Shown piece by piece: positions 1 to 14,541 of a stretch of DNA of 64,000 bases. The stretch's first letter is position 1. The number at the start of each line of letters is the position of its first letter. The notes beneath the pieces were generated by a model, which saw only the letters and a list, made by a program, of their open reading frames with translations, was not told the DNA's origin and searched no databases. The position numbers and the translations under genes are program-made. Source of the stretch: Waddliaceae bacterium (lineage in GTDB: Bacteria > Chlamydiota > Chlamydiia > Chlamydiales > SLFE01); contig CAVYRW010000004.1 of the NCBI GenBank assembly GCA_963771045.1, positions 928,001 through 992,000 on the forward strand, written 5' to 3'.

Positions 1-151
1 AATTCGTAAAATAAGTCAAAATGAAAATTATAACAAGCACACTGAATATAAAGACGGGAAGATCAATTTAGGCGCTCATACTTTTAAGCATCTCAAACAA
101 CTAATCATTCGGTTAATCAGTAAAAAATTTCCTGAGCCCTTTTTCGAAAAA

Positions 152-625
152 ATGACTGTTAAAATTATTTCTTGTCCTAATGATTTCAATAAATTTATTA
201 AAAATTTTCTGTCTATTAGGATTATTTTTGAACAAATTAACCTGGGGTTGCTTTCCGAATTTTTGAAGTTTTGCTGTTCACTCATCCATTTTTCCGAAAT
301 TTTCCGTGATGACTTAAATGATAATCAGCTTCTTAAACGCATTCTTTTGAATGCTCAAGAAAATCTGAATCTGAAAGATATAACACTGGATCTTTCATTT
401 GATGGCAGATATTGTAAAGTTCGATTTGGAAAAACCTTAATGATTTCCAATTCTACTTTAATGGGGCCTTTCAATAGGCAAAAATTTTGCCGGGTTGATT
501 CCGAGGCGATAGAAAATATTTTGAGAAAAAAAACTCACAATTCTTACGTGACTACAATTCCTGTTCTAAAAGGCTGGGATTCCATGGGAATTGAGGTAGC
601 TAAATATTTGGAGGTAGCGATATGA
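152..625 (+). CDS. hypothetical protein (AT-rich)
   Basis: 157-aa ORF whose stop overlaps the next ATG; no recognisable motif. Confidence 0.4.
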   Translation: MTVKIISCPNDFNKFIKNFLSIRIIFEQINLGLLSEFLKFCCSLIHFSEIFRDDLNDNQLLKRILLNAQENLNLKDITLDLSFDGRYCKVRFGKTLMISNSTLMGPFNRQKFCRVDSEAIENILRKKTHNSYVTTIPVLKGWDSMGIEVAKYLEVAI

Positions 626-1221
626 TGAAATGTTGGTTAGTATTAATTTTATTTTGTTTAACGGTAAATTGTCAGGCTGAAATGCAAAACGAAAATAAAG
701 CATTGAAAAGGCTTAAAGAAGGAAATCAAAGATTTATAAACAATTCCTTTAAAGCCTTGTCTTCCTATCACATCAACCGTCTTTCAACCATTGAAGGACA
801 AAACCCTTTTGCCATTATTCTTGCTTGCTCCGACTCTCGAGTGGCCCCCGAGATTATTTTCGACGAAGGGATCGGCGATCTTTTTGTTATCCGAGTGGCA
901 GGCAATATTTTGGGCGAAACAGAATGGGAAACCATTAAGTTCGGCATCGAAATTCTCGGCGTCGATACGATTATGGTTCTCGGTCATGAAGCTTGCGGCG
1001 CTGTTCAGGCTACCATCGATAAAATAGACCTCGATATCCCCATTATTGCCGAACAGGTGACCAAGGGGATCGCCGGTCAAACTGATGTCAACAAAGCTGC
1101 TGAGGCAAATGTCCGGTATGTTGTGAAGCAGCTTCAATCCCGCTTAAAAGGAAAAACAACAACGACTGTCGGGGGATTTTATCATATCACAACAGGAGAG
1201 GTGGAATTCTTAACTTTGTAG
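622..1221 (+). CDS. beta-class carbonic anhydrase with N-terminal signal peptide
   Basis: CSDSRV, RVAGN and GHEACGA zinc-binding motifs; hydrophobic N-terminus; GGAGG SD upstream. Confidence 0.92.
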   Translation: MMKCWLVLILFCLTVNCQAEMQNENKALKRLKEGNQRFINNSFKALSSYHINRLSTIEGQNPFAIILACSDSRVAPEIIFDEGIGDLFVIRVAGNILGETEWETIKFGIEILGVDTIMVLGHEACGAVQATIDKIDLDIPIIAEQVTKGIAGQTDVNKAAEANVRYVVKQLQSRLKGKTTTTVGGFYHITTGEVEFLTL

Positions 1222-2163
1222 TTGTTTGATGTGCGAAACGACTGCAGACTGCAGCCCTTCTAAGTCATAGCCGCCTTCCAAAACCGAAATCAATTTTCCG
1301 TTTGAGTATTGTGCGGCTATAGTTTTTACTTGGCGCGTTAATTCAGCAAAATCTTCATCTTGTAGATTGAACATGCCCAGAGGATCTCCTTTGCGTGAAT
1401 CAAATCCCGCCGAAATTATGACCAGTTCCGGATGAAACTCCTTCATCATTTGGTTTAAGTCCTCTCTGACCAGTTTCAGAATTAATTGCCGAGCATTCAT
1501 GCCAAATGTTATCGGATAATTTCGCTTTGTGCCGAACGCCTTGCCATGCCCCATTTCATCTTTGAGGCCCGTACCGGGATAAGAGGGGAATTGATGCGTG
1601 CTGAAATAAAAAATAGTCGGATCGTCATCAAAAATCCTTTGGGTGCCGTTGCCGTGATGCACATCCCAGTCGACGATTAAAATATTTTTGATACGATACT
1701 GTTTTTGCGCATATCTTGCTCCGACTGCTGTATTGTTGAATAAACAGAATCCTTCCCCTTTATCTTGGGAGGCGTGATGTCCGGGGGGGCGAACAGCGCA
1801 AAACACATTTTCCGCTTTTTCCGTCATAACGGCATCGACGGCTTCGAGCACTCCGCCTACAGCAAGTTTTGCCGTATCATAAGATGCCGGACATATAGGA
1901 GCATCGCCTGTTGTCAGCATTTGGGATCCATCAGCTCTGCTCGCTTTTGCTTCTCTTTCTACCAGCCTGATATACTCGGGGCTGTGGCAAAGGGCGATTT
2001 CTTCTTTGGTTGCCATCCTGGGAGGTAAGAGATTGTTTTTATTCAGTATTTTTTCTTTTAAAAGGCGGCTGAGGATAACCTTTGCCCTTTCCGGCGTCTC
2101 CGGGTGGCCCGGCCCTGTCAAATGTTTTTGATACCTATCATCGGCTACGATCAATGTTTTCAT
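1210..2163 (-). CDS. histone deacetylase family (class II/AcuC-like) Zn amidohydrolase
   Basis: HPETPER, RPPGHH, GFCLFNN, DVHHGNGT, SAGFD and LEGGY motifs. Confidence 0.93.
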   Translation of the reverse strand: MKTLIVADDRYQKHLTGPGHPETPERAKVILSRLLKEKILNKNNLLPPRMATKEEIALCHSPEYIRLVEREAKASRADGSQMLTTGDAPICPASYDTAKLAVGGVLEAVDAVMTEKAENVFCAVRPPGHHASQDKGEGFCLFNNTAVGARYAQKQYRIKNILIVDWDVHHGNGTQRIFDDDPTIFYFSTHQFPSYPGTGLKDEMGHGKAFGTKRNYPITFGMNARQLILKLVREDLNQMMKEFHPELVIISAGFDSRKGDPLGMFNLQDEDFAELTRQVKTIAAQYSNGKLISVLEGGYDLEGLQSAVVSHIKQLQS

Positions 2164-2211
2164 TTTCGAAATCCTCGGTTTTCTTTAATATAAACATGAA
2201 GGAGAATAAAA

Positions 2212-3495
2212 ATGACACATCAGCCCAATACCAATCACTTATACCCTTTATTTACAGACGCTTTAACAAGGCTTGACAAGGCCGCCAAACATGTTGATGT
2301 CTCCGATGAGACTTTAGAACTTATGAAACATCCGTATCGTGCGATGCAAGTTGCCATTCCGATTAAAAGAGATGATGGAACTCAAAAAGTCTTCACGGGT
2401 TTTCGTGTGCAGCATAGTCTTTTAAGAGGCCCGGCAAAAGGTGGAATTCGTTTCCATCCCTCTGTTTCTCTGGACGAATGCATGGCTCTTTCTTTTTGGA
2501 TGACATGCAAATGCGCTGCTCTTAATATACCCCTGGGCGGAGGCAAAGGGGGGATAATTGTCAATCCTAAGGAGCTGTCTAGCCTTGAGCTTGAACGCTT
2601 GTCTCGAGGCTATATTCGACAACTTGCCGATATTCTGGGGCCCGATGTCGATATTCCCGCACCTGACGTTTATACCAATGAACAAATTATGGCCTGGATG
2701 ATGGATGAGTACTCGACCATCGTCAGAAAATTCTGTCCGACTGTCATTACCGGAAAGCCCCTTGCGCTTGGCGGCTGCCAAGGCAGGGCTGCCGCAACAG
2801 GACAGGGAGCCTATTTTTGCGTCAAAACCCTCGATCAAAAATTTGACTGGGGCGGCTCAGGACGTAAGACCGTTGCCATCCAGGGTTTTGGGAACGCAGG
2901 ACAAAGTCTTGCTGCGTCGTTATTCAGAGACGACTATCAAATTGTTGCTATCAGCGACTCCAAGGGAGCGGTTTATTCAGAGGGGGGCCTCGACATTCCT
3001 CGATTGATAGAATGGAAGAACGGTTTTAATAGTCTTGTTGATTTTCCCACTCAAAAAGGGCGCGAGATGAAAAGGCTCTCTAACGGAGAGCTCCTGACGC
3101 TAGATGTAGGCCTCCTTGTTCCCGCTGCTTTAGAAAAAGTCATCACCAAAGAAAACGCCGCCGATATTAAAGCCAGGATGATTTTAGAGCTTGCAAACGG
3201 TCCGATAACATCTGAGGCCGACGAAATTCTAAATAGCAGGGGTATTCATATAGTACCTGACATACTTTCCAATGCGGGCGGTGTCGTCGTGAGCTATTTT
3301 GAGTGGGTTCAGAATAAACAAGGCGAGTATTGGACTGAAGCAACCGTTGAAGGTAAACTTAAAGAAAAAATTACCGAAGAACTTGAGCAGATCTACATGC
3401 TGAAGCAACGGCTCAATGTTGATGTCCGCACAGCAACCTATGCTTATGCCCTTACACGGATTGATCAAGCTGCTAAGGCTCTAAACAATTTCTAG
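2212..3495 (+). CDS. gdhA: glutamate dehydrogenase (Glu/Leu/Phe/Val dehydrogenase family)
   Basis: GPAKGGIRF, GGGKGG, DIPAPD, QGFGNAG, ELANGP and NAGGVVVSYFEW motifs. Confidence 0.92.
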   Translation: MTHQPNTNHLYPLFTDALTRLDKAAKHVDVSDETLELMKHPYRAMQVAIPIKRDDGTQKVFTGFRVQHSLLRGPAKGGIRFHPSVSLDECMALSFWMTCKCAALNIPLGGGKGGIIVNPKELSSLELERLSRGYIRQLADILGPDVDIPAPDVYTNEQIMAWMMDEYSTIVRKFCPTVITGKPLALGGCQGRAAATGQGAYFCVKTLDQKFDWGGSGRKTVAIQGFGNAGQSLAASLFRDDYQIVAISDSKGAVYSEGGLDIPRLIEWKNGFNSLVDFPTQKGREMKRLSNGELLTLDVGLLVPAALEKVITKENAADIKARMILELANGPITSEADEILNSRGIHIVPDILSNAGGVVVSYFEWVQNKQGEYWTEATVEGKLKEKITEELEQIYMLKQRLNVDVRTATYAYALTRIDQAAKALNNF

Positions 3496-3549
3496 ATTGT
3501 TTATTGTAAGACCTATAGGAAATATTCGTAATTTTTCGAAGAAAACAGC

Positions 3550-3577
3550 TTGCATGAAATGTACTTTTCTCTATTAT
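3550..3577 (+). promoter_or_regulatory. putative sigma66/70 promoter of the rRNA operon
   Basis: TTGCAT-16 nt-TATTAT about 165 nt upstream of the 16S gene. Confidence 0.45.
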
Positions 3578-3741
3578 ATTTGGAGTTTCCTCAGCGCAAA
3601 AAGTTGATGAAAAGACCGGAGCTTAAAAGCTCGGAAATGATGTTTTGACAGTATAGACAAGGTAATGTGTGTGATACGCGAAGTTTGTGCGATGGTATAA
3701 CTACCGTCGAGAAATTTTTTTTCAACTTTTCAAAGTTTATT

Positions 3742-5305
<1,564 letters not shown>

Positions 5306-5571
5306 AAAGGACAGTTTTTACGGATTTTTTCCGTAAGACTAGGTTGAGCAAACTTTGCCCGCACACATTACCTTCTTTATACTGTCAAAGCTTTAATATT
5401 TGGACAGAAAGTAGATAAGTAAAGATTCAAGTCGCAATTTATTGATAAAAATTAGCGCTTGAAGAATCTTCTATAACGACGATCGTGGCTCAAGAGAAAC
5501 ACTAGCTTGACCCAAGACTTATTTTTTATATGAGCAGCATGCAAGCTGCTCTCCATTTATCATATAATTCT

Positions 5572-8520
<2,949 letters not shown>

Positions 8521-8651
8521 ACTTTTTTTTTAAAGCTAGTGGGCAACCGAGCTGCGAGTCTTATAGAAGAGACTTTAAGCGCTATTTTTTATCAATAAGA
8601 GAGGCTAGCAAAACTGTATTTTGCAAGTTTCTTAAAGAAAGAATCAATTTA

Positions 8652-8766
8652 TCCTGGCAGCAATAGAGGAGGGGAAATACCTGAACCCATACCGAACTCA
8701 GAAGTCAAGCCCTCCATCGCCGATGGTACTGCACGCAAGAGTGTGGAAGAGTAGGTCGCTGCCAGG
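8652..8766 (+). rRNA. rrf: 5S rRNA
   Basis: CCTGGCAG...CTGCCAGG terminal helix, CCGAACTCAGAAG and GATGGTACTGC motifs, 115 nt. Confidence 0.95.
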
Positions 8767-8952
8767 TTTTTTTTTTGTCGTTTTGTAATTTGCCGGCTTA
8801 GTTCTTGTCGCCAAATTCAAAATCTGAGCTGAACCGTCAAAGGTAAGCGTTTTGCTCTCTACATTTGTAAGCGTCAATTAAACCCATCTTCTTTCTGATT
8901 TTCTTTCCGGTTATTCTTTCCTCAAAACTCGATAAAGAAGAGGAGGAAAGAT

Positions 8953-9270
8953 ATGCACAATGAACTATCGGATACAGCTTTGGTTTGGAAAGATAGAATC
9001 CAAGATTGGCAGGCTAGCGGTAAGTCTTTAGCTCAGTGGAGCAGAGAAAATAATTTCGTCTATTCTCGCACCGTTTATTGGAAGGTGCGGTTCTTGGGAT
9101 CTCAAAGCGAGAAACATTCATCTCCGAAAGGATTCTTGGAATTAAAGGATGAGAGTCGACCCGATGCCGGAATCATTATCGAAACGGCTGCAGGCCGCAT
9201 CTATCTTTCAACTAACTTTGACCAATCTACGCTTGCTCGATGCCTGGAACTTTTAGGAAACCTATGCTGA
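8953..9270 (+). CDS. tnpA: IS66 accessory protein TnpA-like
   Basis: WxxRIxxWxxSGxS...YW pattern; first ORF inside the IS66 ends; SD GGAGG. Confidence 0.8.
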   Translation: MHNELSDTALVWKDRIQDWQASGKSLAQWSRENNFVYSRTVYWKVRFLGSQSEKHSSPKGFLELKDESRPDAGIIIETAAGRIYLSTNFDQSTLARCLELLGNLC

Positions 9271-9831
9271 CAATCACAGGAAATGCTCGTATTTTTGTCT
9301 TCGACGAGCCGGTTAACATGAGAAAGAGTTTCGAGGGTTTATGCGCTATCGTAGAGCAATCCTTGGAAGAGCCGACATCAGGCGCTTTCTTTGTTTTTCT
9401 CAATCGCCAGCGCAATAAAATGAAAGTGCTCTACTGGGATAATGACGGTCTTGCGATCTGGACTAATGGCAGCGTTGAAGTATTTTTGCGGCCTTATTCC
9501 TCATCTTAAAAACTATATTAAAAATCCTTTTGCCCATCTTGATAACAATGTTGCCGAACGAGCAATACGTCCCTTGGCAATCGGTCGTAAAAACTGGCTC
9601 TTTTTTGGAAGCGCTAATGGAGGGGAAGCAGCAGGAATCATATACTCCCTTATTCAAACATGCCGTGAACTTGGCATTAATCCCCATGAATATCTTGAAG
9701 ATGTCATGCGCAGTTTAATGGATCACCCCGCAAACAAGCTGTACGAACTTCTCCCCGATCGCTGGGCTAAGACAAAGGGGCTCTCGATCTCTAAAGAATC
9801 TGGAATAATTTTTCCAGATGGGCTTAAATGA
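9264..9831 (+). pseudogene. truncated IS66 tnpB joined out of frame to a 3' fragment of tnpC
   Basis: TnpB motifs PVNMRKSFEGL, FVFLNR, KVLYWDNDG end near 9461; TnpC C-terminal DNNVAERAIRPLAIGRKNWLF and YSLIQTC...INP follow in another frame. Confidence 0.88.
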
Positions 9832-9838
9832 CGCTTAC

Positions 9839-10294
9839 CTACATTTCTGCTTTTTTCAGAGGCTGAAAGGTGACGCCATTGATTTTTACCATTGCTGTAT
9901 TCCTGGCTTGCCTTAATTTTTTAATATTCTTCTCGGTAATGGAGCCTGCCAGAGTGAGTGTTTTAAGTTGATCAACTTTTATGATTAAAGGAATATCAGG
10001 ATCTAAACCATCACTCATTTCAATCGTTAAGTTCTCCAATTTTTTGAGATCTTTCAAATCGGATAAATTAAAAAGGATTGTACAATTGACTAATTTTAAC
10101 GACTTTAAATTTGTAAAAGACTGCTCAATTGCTCGTTTATGAGACTCCACAAGTGTCGCACTTTTCAAATAAAGTGTATTATTATGGGTGGTTTGTCTTT
10201 TCGACAAAACGTAGTGGAGTGCAAGATTGGGGGGTGAAAATTCAGTCAATGTTCTCTTCTTTGTCCTGCCTTGTCTTCTTACATTAAAACTCAT
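9839..10294 (-). CDS. hypothetical protein with LRR-like motifs
   Basis: NLKSLKL, KLENLTI and QLKTLTL motifs; SD GGAGG. Confidence 0.6.
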   Translation of the reverse strand: MSFNVRRQGRTKKRTLTEFSPPNLALHYVLSKRQTTHNNTLYLKSATLVESHKRAIEQSFTNLKSLKLVNCTILFNLSDLKDLKKLENLTIEMSDGLDPDIPLIIKVDQLKTLTLAGSITEKNIKKLRQARNTAMVKINGVTFQPLKKAEM

Positions 10295-10361
10295 AAGACC
10301 TCCGTTGTTGATTTGTGCAGATTAAAGTTTAAGAACGATTTATTCTCACTGCAAGAGTTTA

Positions 10362-10392
10362 GATTTGGAGGGAATTCATTTCCCTCCAAATC
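10362..10392 (-). terminator. hairpin downstream of the cyclophilin gene (likely terminator)
   Basis: GATTTGGAGGGAA-ttcat-TTCCCTCCAAATC perfect 13-bp stem. Confidence 0.6.
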
Positions 10393-10404
10393 ATGAGTGA
10401 TAAT

Positions 10405-10947
10405 CTATTTGACGGTAATTTTTAAAATCTTGACTTCGGCATTGGGTTTGTCAGAAGCATTGGTTTCGAGATTTTGGATTTTATCCACAATGTCGTAGCC
10501 TTCTGTCACTTCTCCAAATATTGTATGGCGCCCATTGAGCCAAGGTGTAGGAGTTGTCGTAATAAAAAATTGGCTTCCATTTGTATTGGGACCCCTGTTA
10601 GCCATGGCCAGTATGCCCGGTTTATCGAACGCGGCGTCAGAAGAAAATTCATCTTCGAATTCATTTCCCCAGATTGACTCTCCTCCAGTACCGTTGCCTT
10701 CAGGATCTCCGCCCTGTATCATAAAATCCTTGATAACCCGGTGAAAGACCGTCCCCTTGTAATACCCGTTTTTTGCGTGGGTGACAAAGTTTTCTACAGT
10801 TTTGGGAGCTATGCCCTGCATGAGGGTTAATTCAATATTTCCTTGGGTGGTTTCAAGTGTTACCACGGGATTTTTTGCCATTTCTGTCTCCTTAGCTTGT
10901 AAAAAAGTTAGTGATAAAACCGCACTTAACACGATAAATAGCTTCAT
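10405..10947 (-). CDS. ppiB: cyclophilin-type peptidyl-prolyl isomerase, exported
   Basis: [14 protein letters not shown] and [16 protein letters not shown]; start at MKLFIV with SD AGGAGG; signal peptide. Confidence 0.92.
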   Translation of the reverse strand: MKLFIVLSAVLSLTFLQAKETEMAKNPVVTLETTQGNIELTLMQGIAPKTVENFVTHAKNGYYKGTVFHRVIKDFMIQGGDPEGNGTGGESIWGNEFEDEFSSDAAFDKPGILAMANRGPNTNGSQFFITTTPTPWLNGRHTIFGEVTEGYDIVDKIQNLETNASDKPNAEVKILKITVK

Positions 10948-11089
10948 AATACCTCCTATTGGCGTCAATCTTGGGAAAGTACGATAAAGCATAATATCAT
11001 GGATTTGGCAGTAATTCCATGAAAAAAAGGGGATTTTGGTGCTTTGGCATGGAATTTTCTTATTCCCGAGCTAAATACGAGGGAAGTTT

Positions 11090-12160
11090 ATGCCGACAAC
11101 AAATCGTTCATTTAAGTTGTTCATTATAGGGGTGGTGCTAATTTTTGCCAGCCTCATTCCTTATTATTGGGGAGTCCATCAGGTGTCCACCAATACCGTT
11201 ATACGCGCCGCTCTCGATATTGGATCGGGTGCGACAAAACTGAGAGTTGCGGAAGTCGATCTCAATAAAAATAAAATTGTTAAAACAATTGTCAACACGC
11301 AGATTACCGTTCCCTATCAGCAGTCTTTGAGCAAAAGCGGCAGCCAGACGATAGATGAGAAAACCATGGAGCAGGGGATTGAGGCGATAAAAAAGTTAAA
11401 GAAATTGGCTGTAGAAAATCAGGCTAAAAAAATTATCGGAGTAGCTACCGCCTCGTTCAGAAATGCGCATAACAGTGAAGAATTCGCAAAAAGAATCTTT
11501 AAAGAAACCGGCGTTCCTATTTTTATAGTCGATCAGAAAGATGAAGGTGAACTCGGTTTTTATGCCGTTGAAGCGACAATACCTATTGATGAGCATAAAG
11601 TCATTGTTTGGGATATCGGAGGGGGGAGCTTGCAGCTAACGACGATGGACAAGGAGGGGAATATTATCGTCTATCGGGGGCACGAGGCGTCTGTCCCGTT
11701 TAGGCAATATGTTATTCAAAATATTCAGGGCCGGGATGTCAAAATTTACGATACTCCAAATCCCATGACTTTGGATGAGATGAATCATGCCGAAAAACAT
11801 GCCCGCCAGCTTGCTGCTAGTGTCGACCAGTTTTTCAAAGATAAGATTAACGACCCGAAAATAAGCGTTTATGGAATAGGCAGCATCTTTAGCTTGGGGA
11901 TTGAACCTCTGGCAAAGAAAAATCCATTTACAGCTCAGGACCTCACCGAGGCTGTCAAACCTCTAGCGGGGAAAACCGATGAGGAGATGGACGAGGGCGA
12001 GTTTGCGAGTGTAAAGGCCACAAATGCTCTTTTAATCGTCGGCTTTATGAAAGAACTCAATATCAAAAAAGTGACGGTTGTCGATGTTAATGTTGCCGAT
12101 GGAGCTTTTTTCGTCAAAAAGTTTTGGAAGCCTGATGAAGCTTTAATTCAAGAGGATTAA
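11090..12160 (+). CDS. Ppx/GppA-family phosphatase with N-terminal membrane anchor
   Basis: ALDIGSGATK, VATASFRNA, QKDEGEL and WDIGGGSLQ ASKHA motifs. Confidence 0.82.
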   Translation: MPTTNRSFKLFIIGVVLIFASLIPYYWGVHQVSTNTVIRAALDIGSGATKLRVAEVDLNKNKIVKTIVNTQITVPYQQSLSKSGSQTIDEKTMEQGIEAIKKLKKLAVENQAKKIIGVATASFRNAHNSEEFAKRIFKETGVPIFIVDQKDEGELGFYAVEATIPIDEHKVIVWDIGGGSLQLTTMDKEGNIIVYRGHEASVPFRQYVIQNIQGRDVKIYDTPNPMTLDEMNHAEKHARQLAASVDQFFKDKINDPKISVYGIGSIFSLGIEPLAKKNPFTAQDLTEAVKPLAGKTDEEMDEGEFASVKATNALLIVGFMKELNIKKVTVVDVNVADGAFFVKKFWKPDEALIQED

Positions 12161-12176
12161 ATCAAGGAGAAAAATT

Positions 12177-12806
12177 ATGGAAAATAAAGGGTTTTCTGTT
12201 GGAGAATTTGTAAAAAAGGGTTGGCATATGATGCGTGAGCACATGGCCTTTTTTATCGGATTCTTGATCGTATATTTTGTGCTGTCCTTAATTCCTAGTG
12301 TGATAGCCTCGATATATCCGCATATGCACCAAGGAATCCAGGCGGTCATTCATATTGTGTTCTTTATTTTGGCTTTTGTGGTGTGGATTGGATTTTTAAA
12401 ATCCGCTCTTAAAGTCGTCGATGGAAAAAGTCCTACATATGGAGACCTTTTCAGCAGTTTTCCGATAATAGTGCAATTTTTTATTGCGTGGGTGATCTAT
12501 GGGTTGATTGTCCTTGTCGGTCTTATTTTGCTTGTCTTTCCCGCTGCAATATGGGGATCGCGTTATTTCCTCTGGCCTTTTATTATCGTCGACAAAGGTG
12601 TTGGTCCGATAAAAGCTTTGGAAATGAGCGGAAAAATGACCATGGGAGTTAAATGGGATATTTTCATGCTCATTATCGCGACAACAATAATTGCTTTTCT
12701 GGGTGTCTTGTGCCTTTTTGTCGGTTGGTTTATCGCCTTGCCGGCTGCGACGATAGCTCAAGTCGCCACGTACAGAATGCTTGAATCTCAGCATCAAAAT
12801 GTGTAA
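12177..12806 (+). CDS. integral membrane protein (DUF975/YciC-like)
   Basis: 4-5 hydrophobic segments; GPIKALEMS motif; SD AGGAG. Confidence 0.75.
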   Translation: MENKGFSVGEFVKKGWHMMREHMAFFIGFLIVYFVLSLIPSVIASIYPHMHQGIQAVIHIVFFILAFVVWIGFLKSALKVVDGKSPTYGDLFSSFPIIVQFFIAWVIYGLIVLVGLILLVFPAAIWGSRYFLWPFIIVDKGVGPIKALEMSGKMTMGVKWDIFMLIIATTIIAFLGVLCLFVGWFIALPAATIAQVATYRMLESQHQNV

Positions 12807-12813
12807 ACTTGAT

Positions 12814-12851
12814 ATCGCAGCGGGTCGGTATAACCCGCCCGCTGCGATTTT
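12814..12851 (+). terminator. GC-rich hairpin with short T tail
   Basis: ATCGCAGCGGG...CCCGCTGCGAT followed by TTT. Confidence 0.5.
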
Positions 12852-12854
12852 CTT

Positions 12855-13760
12855 ATGAGCATGCCTTTAAAGATAGAACATCTGACAAAGAATTACGGTC
12901 CTTTGAGGGCCGTAAATAATGTGAGCTTTGATATCAAGGAAGGGGAGATCTTCGGTCTTTTAGGGCCCAACGGGGCCGGCAAGACTTCCATTATTTCCAT
13001 TATCACAACGCTTGAAGAGGCGACAGGCGGAACTGCCTCCGTTTATGGTTATGATACGGCTAAAAATCCCAAACAAGCTAAATATGTGACGGGATGCGTT
13101 CCCCAGGAACTGGTTCATCATGGTTTTTTTTCTCTAGAAGAGGTGCTGGCTTTCCAGTCGGGATATTATGGGAGGTGGGAAAACCGCGAAAGGATTGAAT
13201 TTCTCATAGATAAACTTGATCTTCAGGCCCATCGAAAAAAGAGAGTCAAAGAGCTTAGCGGAGGTATGAAGCGCCGGATGCTGATCGCCAAAGCGCTTGT
13301 TCACGAGCCCAGGCTTCTCCTTCTTGATGAGCCGACAGCCGGCGTCGATATCGAATTGAGATCGACTCTTTGGGATTTTTGCCGTGAGCTTCAAAAGGAG
13401 GGCGTGTCGATTCTGTTGACAACGCATTATCTCGAAGAGGCCGAAGCTCTTTGCGACAGAGTCGGCTTTTTAGACAATGGAGAGCTCAAACTTCTTGGAA
13501 AACCGAAAGATCTGATCAATGAGCTTACAGAAAGAGAAGTTGTTATGGTCTTAAAAGCACCTGTTGCCCCTGTGGTGCATCCTCATCTGGTCAGCCAGTC
13601 CGACCACCAGCTAACTTTCAGGTTTGCATCCACAAAGAGCATGGGCGACCTGATTGCCGAACTTCCCCTGGATATTCGAGGCGTACAGGACTTCATTATT
13701 CGAGAAGGAAAACTTGAACAAGCATTCGAACGGATTATTTATAAAAAATATGGATATTAA
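12855..13760 (+). CDS. ABC-2 exporter ATP-binding subunit (YadG-like)
   Basis: GPNGAGKT, LSGGMKRR, LLLDEPT and TTHY motifs. Confidence 0.93.
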   Translation: MSMPLKIEHLTKNYGPLRAVNNVSFDIKEGEIFGLLGPNGAGKTSIISIITTLEEATGGTASVYGYDTAKNPKQAKYVTGCVPQELVHHGFFSLEEVLAFQSGYYGRWENRERIEFLIDKLDLQAHRKKRVKELSGGMKRRMLIAKALVHEPRLLLLDEPTAGVDIELRSTLWDFCRELQKEGVSILLTTHYLEEAEALCDRVGFLDNGELKLLGKPKDLINELTEREVVMVLKAPVAPVVHPHLVSQSDHQLTFRFASTKSMGDLIAELPLDIRGVQDFIIREGKLEQAFERIIYKKYGY

Positions 13761-14541
13761 TACCGCGTTTATACCTTTTGCGACTTTGTTTTCTCGTGAA
13801 GTGAAACGCTTCATGAGAGTGATTTTTCAAACGATTGCCACACCTTTGATCAGCACAAGTTTGTATCTGTTGATTTTCGGACTTAGCCTCGGAGGCAGCA
13901 TCAGGGTCCTTCCGGGAGTTTCTTATCTGGCATTTCTGATTCCCGGTCTCATTATGATGGGGGCTCTGAGAAATGCTTTCGACAACGCTGTCGGATCAAT
14001 CGTTACATCAAAATTTGTCGGCGAGCTTGAAGATTTAAAAATTGCGCCTTTGAGCCCCTTGCAAATTATTCTGGCGATGGGGCTTGCCGCGACCCTCCGA
14101 GGGTTTATCGTGGCAGGAATCACTCTGCTTATCGGATATGGCTTCTTTTGGGTGGCTGAGGAGACTATTTTAATGATTCACCATCCTTTTATTCTTATCC
14201 TTTTTTTATTTGTCGGTTCTATGGCCTTTGCCAATTTAGGGCTCGCAGTTTGTATGATGGCGACAAATTTTGAACAGGTCAACGCCATGAATACCTTCAT
14301 TTTGCTGCCTTTGATTTATTTGGGAGGAGTATTCTTTTCTCTAAACCAGCTGCATCCAATCTGGCAGGTCATCTCTCAATTTAACCCGCTGCTTTGGATG
14401 GTCAACGGTGTTCGGTATGGAATTTTAGGAATTTCCGACGTTAACGTTGCCGCTGCTTTTGCCGTTACTTTGGCGACCTGGATTTTGTGTTTTCTAGGTG
14501 CCTTGTGGAGTCTTAAGAAAGGGTCTTATCATCGCTGGTAG
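13750..14541 (+). CDS. ABC-2 exporter permease (YadH-like)
   Basis: REVKRF, FLIPGLIMM, YLGGVFFS and NPLLWMVNGVRY; start taken at MDINT, which overlaps the ATPase stop. Confidence 0.9.
   Translation: MDINTAFIPFATLFSREVKRFMRVIFQTIATPLISTSLYLLIFGLSLGGSIRVLPGVSYLAFLIPGLIMMGALRNAFDNAVGSIVTSKFVGELEDLKIAPLSPLQIILAMGLAATLRGFIVAGITLLIGYGFFWVAEETILMIHHPFILILFLFVGSMAFANLGLAVCMMATNFEQVNAMNTFILLPLIYLGGVFFSLNQLHPIWQVISQFNPLLWMVNGVRYGILGISDVNVAAAFAVTLATWILCFLGALWSLKKGSYHRW

Larger units (their letters stand above)
8867..9838 (+). mobile_element. internally deleted IS66-family element with intact terminal IRs
   Basis: 23-bp IRs GTAAGCGTCAATTAAACCCATCT / AGATGGGCTTAAATGACGCTTAC (21/23 match); 8-bp direct repeat CTACATTT at 8859-8866 and 9839-9846. 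Confidence 0.93.

Noticed and set aside
5306..5571. tRNA in the 16S-23S spacer
   Set aside because: No cloverleaf or T-loop; the pairing is explained by processing stems and one short hairpin.
8843..8850. second GTAAGCGT IS66-like end
   Set aside because: Only 8 bp match; the TSD defines 8867 as the true end.
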